DNA of 64,000 bases, taken from Octopus vulgaris. Its lineage: Eukaryota. Positions 1-13,068 of this stretch are shown here, piece by piece. A model generated the notes under the pieces. It was not told the origin of the DNA. It did not search any database and saw only the letters and a program-made list of their open reading frames with translations. Numbering within the stretch: position 1 is the first letter of the stretch; each line of letters opens with the position of its first letter. The stretch covers positions 51,088,001 to 51,152,000 of the forward strand of contig OX597830.1 of the NCBI GenBank assembly GCA_951406725.2. The letters are read 5' to 3'. The position numbers and the translations under genes are program-made.

Positions 1-140
1 GCTTCAGTAACATTTAATACATATTGTACGTATGTAGTAACAATGTAAAAATAATGGGAAAAGCTCCACTATTTGGGATTGAAGAGAAACACAATTTTAT
101 GTCTTATAAGAGATTCTATACACGATGATATATATATAAA

Positions 141-707
141 TTGGGTTGTCCGGAAAGTTCGTGCCGATTTATAGCAGCTTTCCTTTCGACATATTTTAGA
201 ACATGGTTGAGTCCATAAAATAGGATTTTACTACACATCCATTTAGAGCACAGTTTAAGCTATCTTTTCGTGAAAGAAGGTTTATGTTCCTATAACCTGT
301 ATTAATTCTCTAACCCTTTAAAATGGATGATAAGAAAATCCATTTTCGGCACTTGGTGCTTTGGGAACAAGGCAAAAATTGCCGCAGCTCGGCTGGGATG
401 TGTTACCCCACTTTCCATATTCACCAGATATTGCTCCTTCGGATTTCCACTTATTCAGGTCTGTGCAGAATAGTCTTAATAGTAAATATTTCAATTCCTT
501 GGATTACGTAAAAAGATACCTTGATGAATTCTTTGCCATGAAACCACCTCAATTCTGGGAAGAGGGTATTTTCAAGTTAACGGAAATATGGAGACGCATT
601 GTGCAACAAAATGGTTCATATTTGGTTGATTAAAAAAATGTAATGGCAAGTATTTATTGACATTTTCTCTCCTTTAAAAACCGGTACGAACTTTCCGGAC
701 AACCCAA
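141..707 (+). mobile_element. Internally deleted mariner (DD34D-type) DNA transposon, 567 bp
   Basis: ~29-bp TIRs (TTGGGTTGTCCGGAAAGTTCGTGCCGATT at 141; reverse complement ending at 707, followed by TA). N-terminal transposase remnant MDDKKIHFRHLVLW (323-) is joined directly to the C-terminal part with PHFPYSPDIAPSDFHLF...[14 protein letters not shown] (to 633). Confidence 0.92.
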
Positions 708-749
708 TATATATACATATACCTACATACATACATACAAACATACATG

Positions 750-815
<66 letters not shown>

Positions 816-1449
816 TATATAAATATATATACATATATATATATATACATTTATATATATATATATAGAGAGAGAGAGAGGGGGAGAAAGACGGAGAGAG
901 GGGGAAAGAAAGAGGAGGAGAGAAAGAGAGATGGTTGTTGCTTTCTCGTTGGTTGAATGTGATATTTCTTTTGTGTAATGACTGTATTCTTGCAATTATG
1001 GAGGGGAGTATTAATTAGTTTATGGACTGTTGATTAGTTGGTGGTGGACAGTTTCATTTTAATATTTGTTCATTTTAATTTACATGTACTTTGGGGGATT
1101 TTTTCGTGTATTTTTCGTATGTGAGTGCAAGGTGTTTGTAATTGAATGCTTCTTTGAATGTGTTTATTGGAAAAAGTAATTAAGGGCGTGTTTATTAGTT
1201 GTATCTCTGATGAATGGTGCTTTTCACGGAGGAATGACTAGGGAAGATGGAGTTGTTTCGTAAGAACATCTGTTCTTTATGGAAGGGCTAATAAATGAGC
1301 GTGTATGTCCATGTATGAGCGTTTGTGTTTGCTTGTGTGTGCGCGGGCGCAAGTATGTGTGTGTGTGCGTGCTCGCACGTGTTTGTGTGTGTACGAATAT
1401 GAGATATGGAAAAATATGTGTGTATGTGAGTGCATAGGGGGAGTAGGGA

Positions 1450-1593
1450 TTTGTTTACCGATCATGCATCAAGAACCCTGTGGAGGACTGTTGTAGATCC
1501 AAGCAATGATGTTTTTTGTATGTGTTCTATCTTTACATTTGAACCAGTCTTTTGAGCCACGCTGTTTGTTGAGTGTTGATACTTCCAAGCGCA
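1450..1593 (-). mobile_element. R4/Dong-type non-LTR retrotransposon 3' fragment; near-identical inverted copy of ~4101-4246
   Basis: Minus strand encodes KTGSNVKIEHIQKTSLLGSTTVLHRVLDA*, and the DNA is the reverse complement of ~4101-4246 with few mismatches. Confidence 0.75.
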
Positions 1594-1970
1594 AAAACAA
1601 GGACAGACAAAAGGATTAAGTCGATTACATCGAGCCCAGTGCATAACTGGTACTTAATTTATCGACCCCCCAAAGGATGAAAGGCAAAATCGACCTCGGC
1701 AGAATTTGAACTCAGAACGTAGCGGCAGACGAAATACATATTTCTTTACTACCCACAAGGGACTAAACACATAGGAGACAAACAAGGACAGACAAACGAA
1801 TTAAGTCGATTATATCGACCCCAGTGCGTAACTGGTACTTATTTTATCGACCCGGAAAGGCTGAAAGGCAAAGTCGACCTCGACGGAATTTGAACTCAGA
1901 ACGTAACGGCAGACGAAATACCACTAAGGATTTCGCCCAGCATGTTAACGTTTCTGCCAGCTCGCCGCCT
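1594..1970 (-). mobile_element. tRNA-derived SINE family A, dimeric copy
   Basis: Minus strand begins GGCGGCGAGCTGGCAGAAACGTTA (A-box region), has B-box-like GAGTTCAAATTCC, core GCCTTTC..GTCGATAAAATAAGTACCAG and tail GTGGGTAGTAAAGAAA, then a second headless unit. Confidence 0.85.
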
Positions 1971-3102
1971 TTATATTTTATGACCAATATCATCAACATC
2001 ATATACCCAGCCTTGAAGAACAACTCTTCAATCTCTTATAGTTATTTTGAACTTGAACCATCTTTCCATACGGTCGCCTACCTTAACGAGCTTGATTGGT
2101 ATGAGGAACCAACGAAACTTCAAGCTGCACCGAACCGAATCAAAACTGTTGTTTGTGATGTGTGTGTGTCTGTGTGCCTGCGTGCCTGTGCATGCGTGTC
2201 GCGTGCGAGAGAGAGAAACGGTATATGCTATGCTTAGGAAGTCAATGTCAACGACTTGGTGATAAAGAAAAAAAGAATAAAATGGGAGAGTAAGAAAGAG
2301 AACGGGAATGGTAGAAAGTGATAGATTCATAAAGAACGCACGAGGGAGAGAGGAGAGAGAGAGAAGGAGAGGGAGGACTGTGGGAGAGAGAGAGAGAGCG
2401 GAGTGTGGGAGAGATAGAGAGGGAGAGAGAGAAAGAGAGCTGTGGAGAGGGGTAGAGAAATGCTTAACGCAAGATTTGTTTTAAGGTAAAATGTAAAGTT
2501 TATTTTAGTCTGAGAGTAGGAATGTTATTCTGGTATGTTGTATCGATTAGTTTTTGTGGAGCAAATTATGGATTGGATGTAATGGTGTGCGTATGGGTGT
2601 GTGTATTTGTGTGCGTGTAATTGTGAGTGTGTGTATTAATGTGTGTATGTGTGTATGTGTGCGCGTGTTTGCTGATCGAAGCTGTAAATGTTTCTAATTG
2701 TAAGTAGCTCCATGTCACCAGTTATTAGCAGTAATTGTTCTTAACTAAAACCGCTGCCGACGCGTCTTCGACAGAGTCTACATTAATAAACAGTCCAAGT
2801 CTGGATTAAAGCACTTCCTGGAATTACGATGTTTATTCTTCCATAGACTACATACACGCATACACACACACACATACATACGTAAGTACAAACACAGCAC
2901 CATGTCTTAGAAGATTACACGAGTTTATATTGCTGTCACGTGCATAGATTTCTGGAAAATTGTGATCAGTTTATTGTAAATCTATATTTCAGTTTCATAT
3001 ATATATATTGCAGAATGAAACGAGCGAATTTTACATAACAACATGTATACGGTTAAGATAGGTCTGTTGAAATAGTACTATAAATAATGCAGTTCATATA
3101 GG

Positions 3103-3670
3103 TTTAAAATTTTGGCACAGGTTCAGCAATTTTGGCGGAGGAGATAAGTGGATTACATTGACTCCAGGTGCTCAACTGATACTTATTTCATCGACCCCGA
3201 AAGAAAGTAAGGTAAAGTTGACACTGGCGGAATTTGAACTCAGAACGTAAATTCGGAAGAAATGCCGGTACGCATTGACTCGCTCAGAGTTACTTTCCTT
3301 GGCGTTCAAATACTCAAATATTCTTTTCTACTCTAGGCTCGAAATTTTGTGGGAGTGGATCAGTCGATTAAATCGACCTTAGTATGCAACTGGTACTTAA
3401 TTTATCGACCCCTAAAGGATGAAAGGCAAAGTCGATCTCGGCGGAATTTGAATCCAGAACGTAAAGACAGACGAAATACCTATTTCTTTACTCTCCACAA
3501 GGGGCTAAACACAGAGAGGACAAACAAGGACAGACAAATGGATTAAGTCGATTACATTGACCCCAGTGCGTGACTGGTACTTAATTTATCGACACCGATG
3601 GCAAAGTCAATCTCTGCGCGTAAAGATTAAAGACAGACGAAATACCACTAAGCATTTCACCCGGCTTGAT
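3103..3670 (-). mobile_element. Cluster of degenerate SINE family A copies
   Basis: Repeated GGCGGAATTTGAA(C/T)..CAGAACGTAA and AACTG(G/A)TACTTA..T..ATCGACCCC motifs on the plus strand. Confidence 0.75.
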
Positions 3671-3855
3671 ATTATTTTCAATCGGTATGCAGGCTGGTTT
3701 TGTCTTCCTCGATGAGATCGATCTGGAACACCTCCTGCCGTCTTTGATATTGCCTTTAGTGCTTTGGTCCTGTTCTTCCCAGACACCGAGAGTTGTTTCA
3801 TTACATTGTAAACAGATTTGATCACAAAACCCACAGGCTCTATGGCGAGAACTAT

Positions 3856-3894
3856 GATGATGATGACGATGATAACAACAACAACAACAACAAC

Positions 3895-3945
<51 letters not shown>
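3856..3945. repeat. (GAT)n/(AAC)n/(AAT)n compound microsatellite
   Basis: Direct reading. Confidence 0.95.
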
Positions 3946-3947
<2 letters not shown>

Positions 3948-4331
3948 CAAGAGGATCAAAGAGAAAGACAACATACTACGTTGTCCAGGTGGCAATAGGA
4001 TCAAAGGCAAAGAAGAAGAAAAACTGAACTGTGACTGCAGTGGGAAATACGCAGATGGTGGGCAATGAACGTGAGTGGATGTGATACCAGTAACAATTGG
4101 TGCGCTTGGAAGTATCAGCACTCAACAAACAGCGTGGCTCAAAAAGACTGGTTCAAATGTAAAGATAGAACACATACAAAAAACATCATTGCTTGGATCT
4201 GCAACAGTCCTCCGCAGGGTTCTTGATGCATGATCGGTAAAGAAATATCACCTACGTCTGTTGGCTGTGCACAGCTGACACTTTCCATTATACCCAGGAA
4301 AATAAGCGGTGAGTTTTTATCAAATAATAAT
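3946..4331 (+). mobile_element. R4/Dong-type retrotransposon 3' end (RLE-domain C-terminus plus 3' UTR), 5'-truncated
   Basis: Frameshifted CPGGNRIKGKEEEKL / LQWEIRRWWAM / DVIPVTIGALGSIST..WLKKTGSNVKIEHIQKTSLLGSATVLRRVLDA*. Starts right after (AAT)n and ends in AATAATAAT. Confidence 0.75.
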
Positions 4332-4515
4332 GAAAAGATCGAGAAGTGTGATCCACTAAAGAAGGAAGACGGAAATTTGTGAAGGATGAAGAAGGTTCTA
4401 GTTATTCCAGCGATGATCGGAGCGTTTGGATGCATATCGAATAGTTTCGAACAGTTTGTAAATAAAATCGGAATTGATGCAAGGTAACAGATTATGCAGA
4501 ATTACCTATGGTGGG
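4332..4515 (+). mobile_element. Second, different R4/Dong-type C-terminal fragment
   Basis: Translates EKIEKCDPLKKEDGNL*RMKKVLVIPAMIGAFGCISNSFEQFVNKIGIDAR*, matching the EKxEKY...W..V.P.VIGALG pattern. Confidence 0.65.
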
Positions 4516-5639
4516 ATCAGAAAGTAAAAGAGTCCCGAATGCTTCGAGCTTAAATTCCTCTTCCTAAAATTAATTAACTCGACAGAAAGAAACGTATCGT
4601 GGAAAAAAGGAAAATGAGAATAAGAAGGAAACGTGTGTTGTTCTATGTTAAGACATGAGGAAGATTGCGAAGTTCGAAAGAACGGATATGACAGAGAACC
4701 ATATGTATACGGCAGCAGTTACGATATAGATCTGTATACATACACGAACACACACACACATACACAAAATATGTATACATCTATAAACGTTTGTTACCAT
4801 AAGGCACACACATGCACATACATATATAGGTATATCGTAGAAGCCAACGCGTGACTGATTAAGACTTCTTTCTAAACTCAATTAATCCATGTAAATCTTC
4901 TGAGAGTCCGAAGAGTTCTTGTGCGTGAACTTGTCTTGAGTAGATAAAGTCTTGCCGCAGCACTTAACCCACTTTTCAGCGCAATCAGCTAATAGCACCA
5001 GTGGCACAACAGAATTTGGGGCAACCAGACACCGACTGCGCTTCAGCACATTTAATACGGGTTTACCTTATCCTAGGAATACGTTCTAACGATAAGTAAG
5101 GGTCCTTCACGCACAGTGGTTCATATACGAGTTAATCCATAACTGGTGCTACTAGTCTGGGTCAGAGAAGAACTGAGTACAACAGTGACTAAGTGCTAGC
5201 TCACACCCACCCCTTAAAACCCTGGAATTCCTGTACCTGGGTACCGCAGTCGGATACAGTTCAAGGCGTTATCCAGACCAATATACGTATAAATATGTGT
5301 GTGTGCTATGTTTCAGTGTGTATATGAGTGTATATGAGTGTGTATAAATATGCGTGTGTGTTATGTTTCAGTGTGTATATGAATGTATATGAGTGTGTAT
5401 GTTCCAACATGTATGTGCCTATGTGCGTGTATATATATCTAAATTGTAAACTCAAGATTGTTCAAAGAATATATTAATCTCTATATATTTTATTTCGATA
5501 TGGACAGAACGTAAAAAGAAAGATAGAAGCAAAAGTTATTGTATGTGCATTTGCCCGCGCGTGTGTGAGTAGGTGGTATATGTCCATATATGTGGATGTT
5601 TGTATGTATATGTATGTGTGTGTATGTACGTATGTATGC

Positions 5640-5678
<39 letters not shown>

Positions 5679-6789
5679 CACACATGCATACATATATACA
5701 CAAATACGCTCACATGCAAAGACACATGTGCACACAAACATATGCGTGTGCGTATGTATACAAATCTGCAAGTACAACATGCATAAACATACACAGCTAC
5801 TACGTATTCCAAGAATATATAGAATTATTTCAATGTTCGCATTCGTGATTGTATTGCAGGTATTCTTGTGTTTGTATGAGTTTTATCTCGCTTCATCTAT
5901 ATTTTCTTATTCCAAATTCATTGCCTCGTCTCTTTATTATCTGTAACCAATCCATGCAGCTGCAAAGGTTTGTTACAAGTACAAAGGTTTACTCTGTAAG
6001 CTGTAGCTACTGCTGCTGCTGCTGCTGCTGCTGCGCCACTACTGTCACTACTGTCGCAGCTGCTGCTGTTACATATGTGGTTACTATCGGTGCTATTGTG
6101 TTCAGACAGCCATTCTATGAATTATATGTGTAGAATCGCTGAACTTAACACCAGAATATTTTCGAAGATAAAATGAAGTCGGGAATTCGTTGGAGCTGGT
6201 TCTGTTATTGTCAGTTAGCGCAAAAGAAATCAAAGCGATTCATGTGATAATTTCTTCAGGATTTCGTCAGAGGTCTTCTTTCAACAAAGATCTTCATTCA
6301 ACCAGATTCTTTCAAGCATCTTCACCCAGCCATCTTTATTCAGCCATTCATATACCATGATAAACTCGGCATTCACTAAATAATATCTTATTACTTTATT
6401 GCGTATGAAATGCAACGTTGGTTGACAAAGGCGATAAAGAGGTCACGATAAAAATTAGTACAAGATTCAGCGGTTCGCTTCTCGTCAATACCATAAAATT
6501 GGTTCCGAGGTTAAGAAATGTAAAATGTAGTTGTCCTTGTAATTGCTGCTGCTAATACTGTATAGCCTAAAACCAGCCTTGATCATCCTTCGATCTAAAT
6601 AGATCTCTATCACGATGGCCCATTCGTATATCATTATCTAGTGGAGTGTTTCTAGGGTTGCATCATCTCAAGTCAAATGCATTTCTCTTTTGAAGAGAAT
6701 ATCGTTTGAAGGAGTGTTGTCAGTTTTTGCTGTATGTTGTGTGACCACGCAGATGTTTCTACTTTGGGTCCTGGTATAAATAAGTACAG

Positions 6790-7023
6790 TTATTTCTTTA
6801 CTACCCACAAGGGGCTAAACACAGAGAGGACAAAAAAAGGATAGACAAATGGATTAAGTCGATTACATCGACCCCAGTGCGTAACTGGTACTTAATTTAT
6901 CGACCCCGCGAGGATGAAAAGTAAAGTCAACCTCGGTGGAATTTGAACTCAGAACGTAATGCCAGACGAAATACGGCCACGCATTTCGCCCGGCGCGCTA
7001 ACGTTTCTGCCAGCTCACCGCCT
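6790..7023 (-). mobile_element. SINE family A, full-length monomer
   Basis: Complete head-to-tail match to the other copies; ATAAATAAGTA on both flanks is TSD-like. Confidence 0.88.
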
Positions 7024-8959
7024 TAATAAATAAGTATAAATAAGGTATAAATAAGTAGTGTTGAAATAACTGAGTACCTGATGCGAATTCGTAGCTGAGT
7101 TCAAATCCTGTCAGAAAAGTTCACATCTATCTTTTACTACCGCTACTAGTATAGATTCTGCTCCTTAGCGCTTCTTGGTGTCCGGTTACCTCTCCTTAGG
7201 TCATACACCTCATTTTTCTGCTCTAGTCACCCGTATTGTTCATCCCCTCTTCGTAACTGGAACTAACCACTACGTCCATTTTTCGTCAGACCTCCATAAT
7301 TCACCCAACTCAACACATTTTTACCGCCAGCCATCAACTTCTAGCTGATGTTCCAGAAAATCTACACCTACGTCAATCACATCTATCTCTGACGAACTGT
7401 TTAGTCATCGGAGCAGTCCATACTCCACCTGATCAACAAAAGAAGTATTTATACCTTGTTGGACTAAGCGAACACACACAGCAAGCGCATGAAAATCTTT
7501 AACAGCGACACTATGACTCAAAAGGTTATGAAGCTCTCATCATCACACCAGAGTTGCCCGCATGCACACATACATGCATACATACATACATACATACATA
7601 CATACATACATACATACATACATACATACATACACATATGTATATAAAGACACATGTATATATATATATATACAAATGTGTGTGTGTGTATATATATATA
7701 TATATAAGTGCGTGTGTGCGTGTATGTTTATACCTACATGCATGCATACATACGTACGTACGTACGTACATACATACATACATACATACATACATACATA
7801 CATACATACATACATACATACATACATACATACAAACATAGTATGGTATGGGCAATCTTTTTCGAGAAGCAGAGTGCATGACATATGGTTCAACATCAGG
7901 TGGGCCGCCCTAATGAAAATATTCCAGATAATTTTTTATTTTGTGTGCCATGCACAAAGTCCCCAACATGCAGGTTGCCAATGGCTGCATTGTACTATGA
8001 TAATTGAATTTATTTGCTTGCTATCATTTACGCCGATGCTCGAAGTTTCCCCGTCCTCTTTATTTCGTCAGGTGACAATGTATCTGATTTGAAGAAAAAC
8101 GATTTACTAAAGCACAAGATAGCAATTGAAATGTCTACGGAACATTATAATTACTGAAGATCTTGACATACATTTACATCTGCCCCACAGTCTCTCCTCA
8201 ACCTGAGATATTTGATCTGTGTCTTCATTCACCTGGCGCCCTCTGTGTACTACTACTGAAATTAACGTAATCGATAGAGATCAATACAGTTTACCTGGTT
8301 TTGTTCATTCGGGAGAATGTAGGTGAGTGGATTGTGAAGAAAGTCAAATCAATCTTGTTGATTTACGAACAGTTGTCGATTGTGCATCCACCAATGCCTT
8401 CCAAGCACATCCTCAGCACCTAAACCGTCACGCTACCACTACCTCACCTGCAGCATTACCTACAGCATAACTCCACCATTACCTCCAACATTATCATTAC
8501 CCCCACCACCATCATCCACCACCTACAAATCTAGTTCTAATTTTTTTTTTTTAGATCTGGCAGTTCTACCTTATAAATCAAAAAGACACATTGGATAAAG
8601 TAATTCAAGGTAGAAGTATACGGACTGTTTGTAAGAACGAGTGTATGGGGTTATTTGAAATTACTATGATCGTATGTTTGCAATGACAGGTGTGAACTGA
8701 GGTTAAACAAAAATAGTATTTAAAATGTGTGGTGAGGAGTTTGCTTCGTAATCACAAAGTTCCAGTTTCGATCCCACTGCGAGACGCCTTTTGCAAGCGC
8801 ATTTTACTGTGACCCCCGGGTCATCCAAAGCATACCATGTGGGTGGGTCTGTTATAACACAGTCCTGAGTTCCAGACATGACTGGAGTCTCGGCTGGAAA
8901 GCTTGTGATCAGAGATGCGCTCAATGGGAGTTGACCTGGGGCTAAACAACAACGGTTAT

Positions 8960-10210
8960 TACAACAAACAACAACAGTAACAACAACTACAATACCAAAA
9001 TCATTTTAACACCATACTTAAAACACCATCTCTACCACTAACTATTACCATCACCACTTTCATCCCTAACACCATCACATCCTCCACTACCACCACCGCT
9101 ACCATCTTCACTACCACCATCACTACCTTCAATAACAACAGGATCAAACTACTGCCTTAACTATCATCACCACAACCAAATTCACTATTATTATGACCCG
9201 CCCACCATCATCGCCCGCACCACCAGCACCACCACTATCATCATCATCACCACTTTCAATAACAAGATCGTACATTACCACTACGACACCAGCACTACCA
9301 CCATCTATAGCATCACCACCACCACCACTACCACCACCACTACTACTGCTGCTGCTGCTGCCACTACTACTATTACTACTACCACTACTACTACTACCAC
9401 TACTACTACCACATCATCACCACTACCACAGTTACAAACTGCAGAATCATACTACCACTATCATCACCACCACCATCACCACCACCACCACCACCACCAC
9501 CACAACCACCACCACCACCACTACCACTACTACCACTACTACTACTACTACCACCACTACTACTACTACTATTATTATTACTACTACTACTACTACCGCC
9601 ATTATGAAAAACAACATCGTGCATATAACCACCGCCACCACCACTACGACTACCACCACTAAAAGTTGTAAGGTCACAACCAAAATATTACTAGTACTAC
9701 AAACCACCAGCAATACCATCACCTCCACCAACACCAACACAGTCAACAACATCACCATCCTAACTACCAGCTCAACCACTTCCAATAACATCACCGTCAT
9801 CACTGCCACGACAAGCGCTCCCTCTAGCAACATCATCAGCATCACTGTCTCTACCATCAATACTACCATCCCTACTATTATATCTATCCCCACCTCTGCA
9901 ACCCTCTCTACAAATCTTCCACCCCCCTCTCTTTCTCTCTCTCTCTCTCGCTCTGTCTCTCTCCCTCTCTTTCTCTTTTACTTCTGATGACTCGTTGCCA
10001 ATGTGCTCAGCATCACACCAGTTCCATGATGTCATGTTAATTACACATGCCATGACACATCGATTGATGCAGTGGTGCATATAACAGCGCAACCTCCACC
10101 ACCACACACAACACCATCACCATCACTACTACCACCACCGATACCTCCAACTCCACCACCATCAGTCGGCCCCGCCATAATTGCCATCATCATCATCATC
10201 ATCATCGCCT
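8960..10210. repeat. Degenerate (CAC)/(TAC)/(CAT) trinucleotide low-complexity region
   Basis: Direct reading; source of the poly-T/P/L ORFs. Confidence 0.9.
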
Positions 10211-11760
10211 ACATCAAGTCTACTTTGTATACTGTCAGCGCTATCGTTTATTCAACGCTGTCTCTTTTATCATCAAATCTTCACCAATCGCCTTAGTTGT
10301 ACACGAAGAAGACTCAATGTGGTCGTTGTTCTTGCCAGGAATAGCAGCTGAATCTCCTTGAAATCGTATACTAGCATCTTAGGAAAGGAACATCTTGGAT
10401 TGTGGAATCCTGGATTTCTGCAACACAAAGTAAATACTGAATGGCCTTCTGAGGAATGTGTTTGGTCATAATTCTCCCCGATCAAACCCGGCCTTGGGCT
10501 AAGCAGCAACAACAGCAACCTACTGATGTTAGGAACTGAAGAACGCTCTTATTAGTAACAGCAGCCAAATTTCATTTAAGTTACATCTTGGTGTCATAAA
10601 ATAAGATTGGTACACGGGACAGCAAGTGCAGTTTAGTCTAAGGTGTACTGCATTCAAAATTTAAATGCGATGGTCAAAGGTAGATTGTCTTCGAATTCAG
10701 AACTTATTTAGAACCAAATAATGACGACCGCAGCAATAGCAACAATTAGAACTATTGCTTCTATTGTCTCCGACTTTTTGATACGTTCTAAGCTCTTGGA
10801 AGAGAGTTGGTATTGTTTTCCCTAAGCATTTATCATTTCGAAGTTGGATTAATTTGTCTCTTACATTCCCTTCTCTTCCACTAACACAATATTTTTCTTG
10901 TCCCCCAGATTCATTAGTGGGTTCATTTTTGCCTGCTTTTTATTTTGGGCTACAGTGATACTTGTAATGGACTTAGAGCAGCTTACTTTAATCTGGATTC
11001 ATTTGGGAAGCGGTCGTGCGTTCAAGAATCCCCTTCTTTTTCTCCTGCCTATCATCGCAAGTCGATGGTAGCTAAATCCTACATCTAATCTGTAGTCTGC
11101 TTCGTGTTTATGAAAGAGAGCCATTGTATACTCGATTTCCTCCTCAGTAAAATTGCGGATGAGAAAATTCTCTCTACTTCCGTTTCGTGTTCTCATATTT
11201 TCGCACGTTGACGATTAATGTCTGCTGCTGTCTATCACCAATGTCCTCTATTTTTCTCTCCTCGATTCGTGAGCAACGAGTTCAAATATGGTTTGGGACC
11301 CAACAAGTGCTGGAATACGGTTTTAAGACTTCAGACAATAGTCTAACTTCATGTTTTACTCCTTCTTTGTCGTGCACAGTAGGTATAGTTTTGCGTTGTG
11401 TGGTGTTTATGGACACCTGGATGACAGCATGTTGTTGAGTGAGGCTTGTGCATTAGGGGCAGTGAATCCATGTTGTCACTAATGTTCCTAGCCATCATCC
11501 TTCACGCATTATTACGCACGTAATGCAGCACCATCCTGTGACTGGTCGTACGTTGAAACCTTTGTATCTTTCCTACCAAATTCAGTGCAGCACTCTTTCT
11601 GTGGAGAGTTATGCAAATAAAGTGTTCCTGTCGAAAAAGCATTCATCCTGCAGCACGCCGGCCATAGTAGATATAGGAAAATGTACGATAAACACAGGAT
11701 GCAGTTTATGTCATTTACTCCCTACGTACGTTTCAGCGTTGTGGCTAGTTGCTTCCTCGA

Positions 11761-12050
11761 GTGAAGGCGCGTGGCTTGGAGGTTGAGAGTGTGATTCCCG
11801 ACAGTGTGTCTTGTTCTTGAGCAAGATAATTTCTTTAACGTTGCACCAGTCCACTCAGCTAGCGAAAACGAATTGTACCAATATTTCATAGGGTTACCCT
11901 TGTCACATTCTGTATCACGTTGAATCTTCCTGGGAGCTACGTTAAAGATACATGTGTCTGTGGAGTGCTCAGCCACTTGTATGTTGATTTCGGGGATAGA
12001 CTGTTCCATTGATCGGATCAACTGGAACCCTCGTCGTCATAACCGATGGT
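11761..12050 (+). mobile_element. SINE family C copy
   Basis: GAAGGCGCGTGGCTT..TTCTTGAGCAAG..ACGTTGCACCAGTCCACTCAGCT is shared with copies at ~29063, ~30395 and ~34175. Confidence 0.7.
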
Positions 12051-12473
12051 CTATTTCTGTTTATTTGCCTCCACTTCGGTGAGAGTTCCAAGTGTAATTG
12101 TATGCTGAAACACAATAGTCCATCAGGGGAATAATGTATTATAATATGAAGCATTTGAATAGTAAAAACATTATGCAATAAGACGTTCTCTGAAGAAGTG
12201 TTGTGGTTTGGTACCCAATCGCACCTGGTATACCCACTGGGGAGAATGCAAATAAACAAAATAGCAAAACGTACGTAGAGAACAAGCACTGTCGTAAGTC
12301 TCACGATGGCAAAAAACAAATGAAGCTTTGAAATCGCAGTCAACATTTCTGTTGCAAAAAAAAGCAAATATGTATCGTACTTTGTTCAAACGAATTCGGT
12401 CAGACTTCATTTAAATGTTCAACATATATATATATATAAAGATATATATATATACATATATATATATATACAC

Positions 12474-12522
<49 letters not shown>

Positions 12523-12552
12523 CACATATATACATACATATATGTATCTATA

Positions 12553-12617
<65 letters not shown>

Positions 12618-12980
12618 ATGCATGTATATAAGAGACACTACAGCAACTGTGTGTCACTGGTTTTATATGAAACTTTGCATAAAGCAAAATATATGTGTGC
12701 GTGAGTGTCTGTGCGCGTGCGCATGTGTGTATGTGTGTGCCTGGGGCCGCAGATGTATGTATGTGTCTGCATGGATTATTTATTGCATCAGCTTATAATT
12801 TTTTTCTTTCCGTCTTCCTCATCACTTGGATAAGTTTAAATGTGACGCAAAAACACTGATTATCCTTCAGAAGCAATGAGCTAGTCGCACATTCGACTGT
12901 CTGAGTTGCTGATTTTTAACCAGGGGTAATGTTTTCATAGTAGCCATACAAACATACATACATTATGTGTGTGTGCGTGT

Positions 12981-13067
<87 letters not shown>

Positions 13068-13068
13068 T

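Noticed and set aside
1824-2237. Recurrent peptide MRNWY..YRP..ERQSRPRRNLN (also at 38800 and 46206)
   Set aside because: Antisense reading of SINE A with a non-ATG start; not a gene family.
9193-9987. Longest ORF (264 aa, Thr/Pro/Leu-rich, mucin-like)
   Set aside because: Lies wholly within degenerate CAC/TAC repeats that are open in several frames and both strands; no domain or splice support.
10800-11450. Possible decayed LINE RT region on the minus strand (FTEEEIEYTM...)
   Set aside because: Only faint motif resemblance; too degenerate to call without an HMM search.
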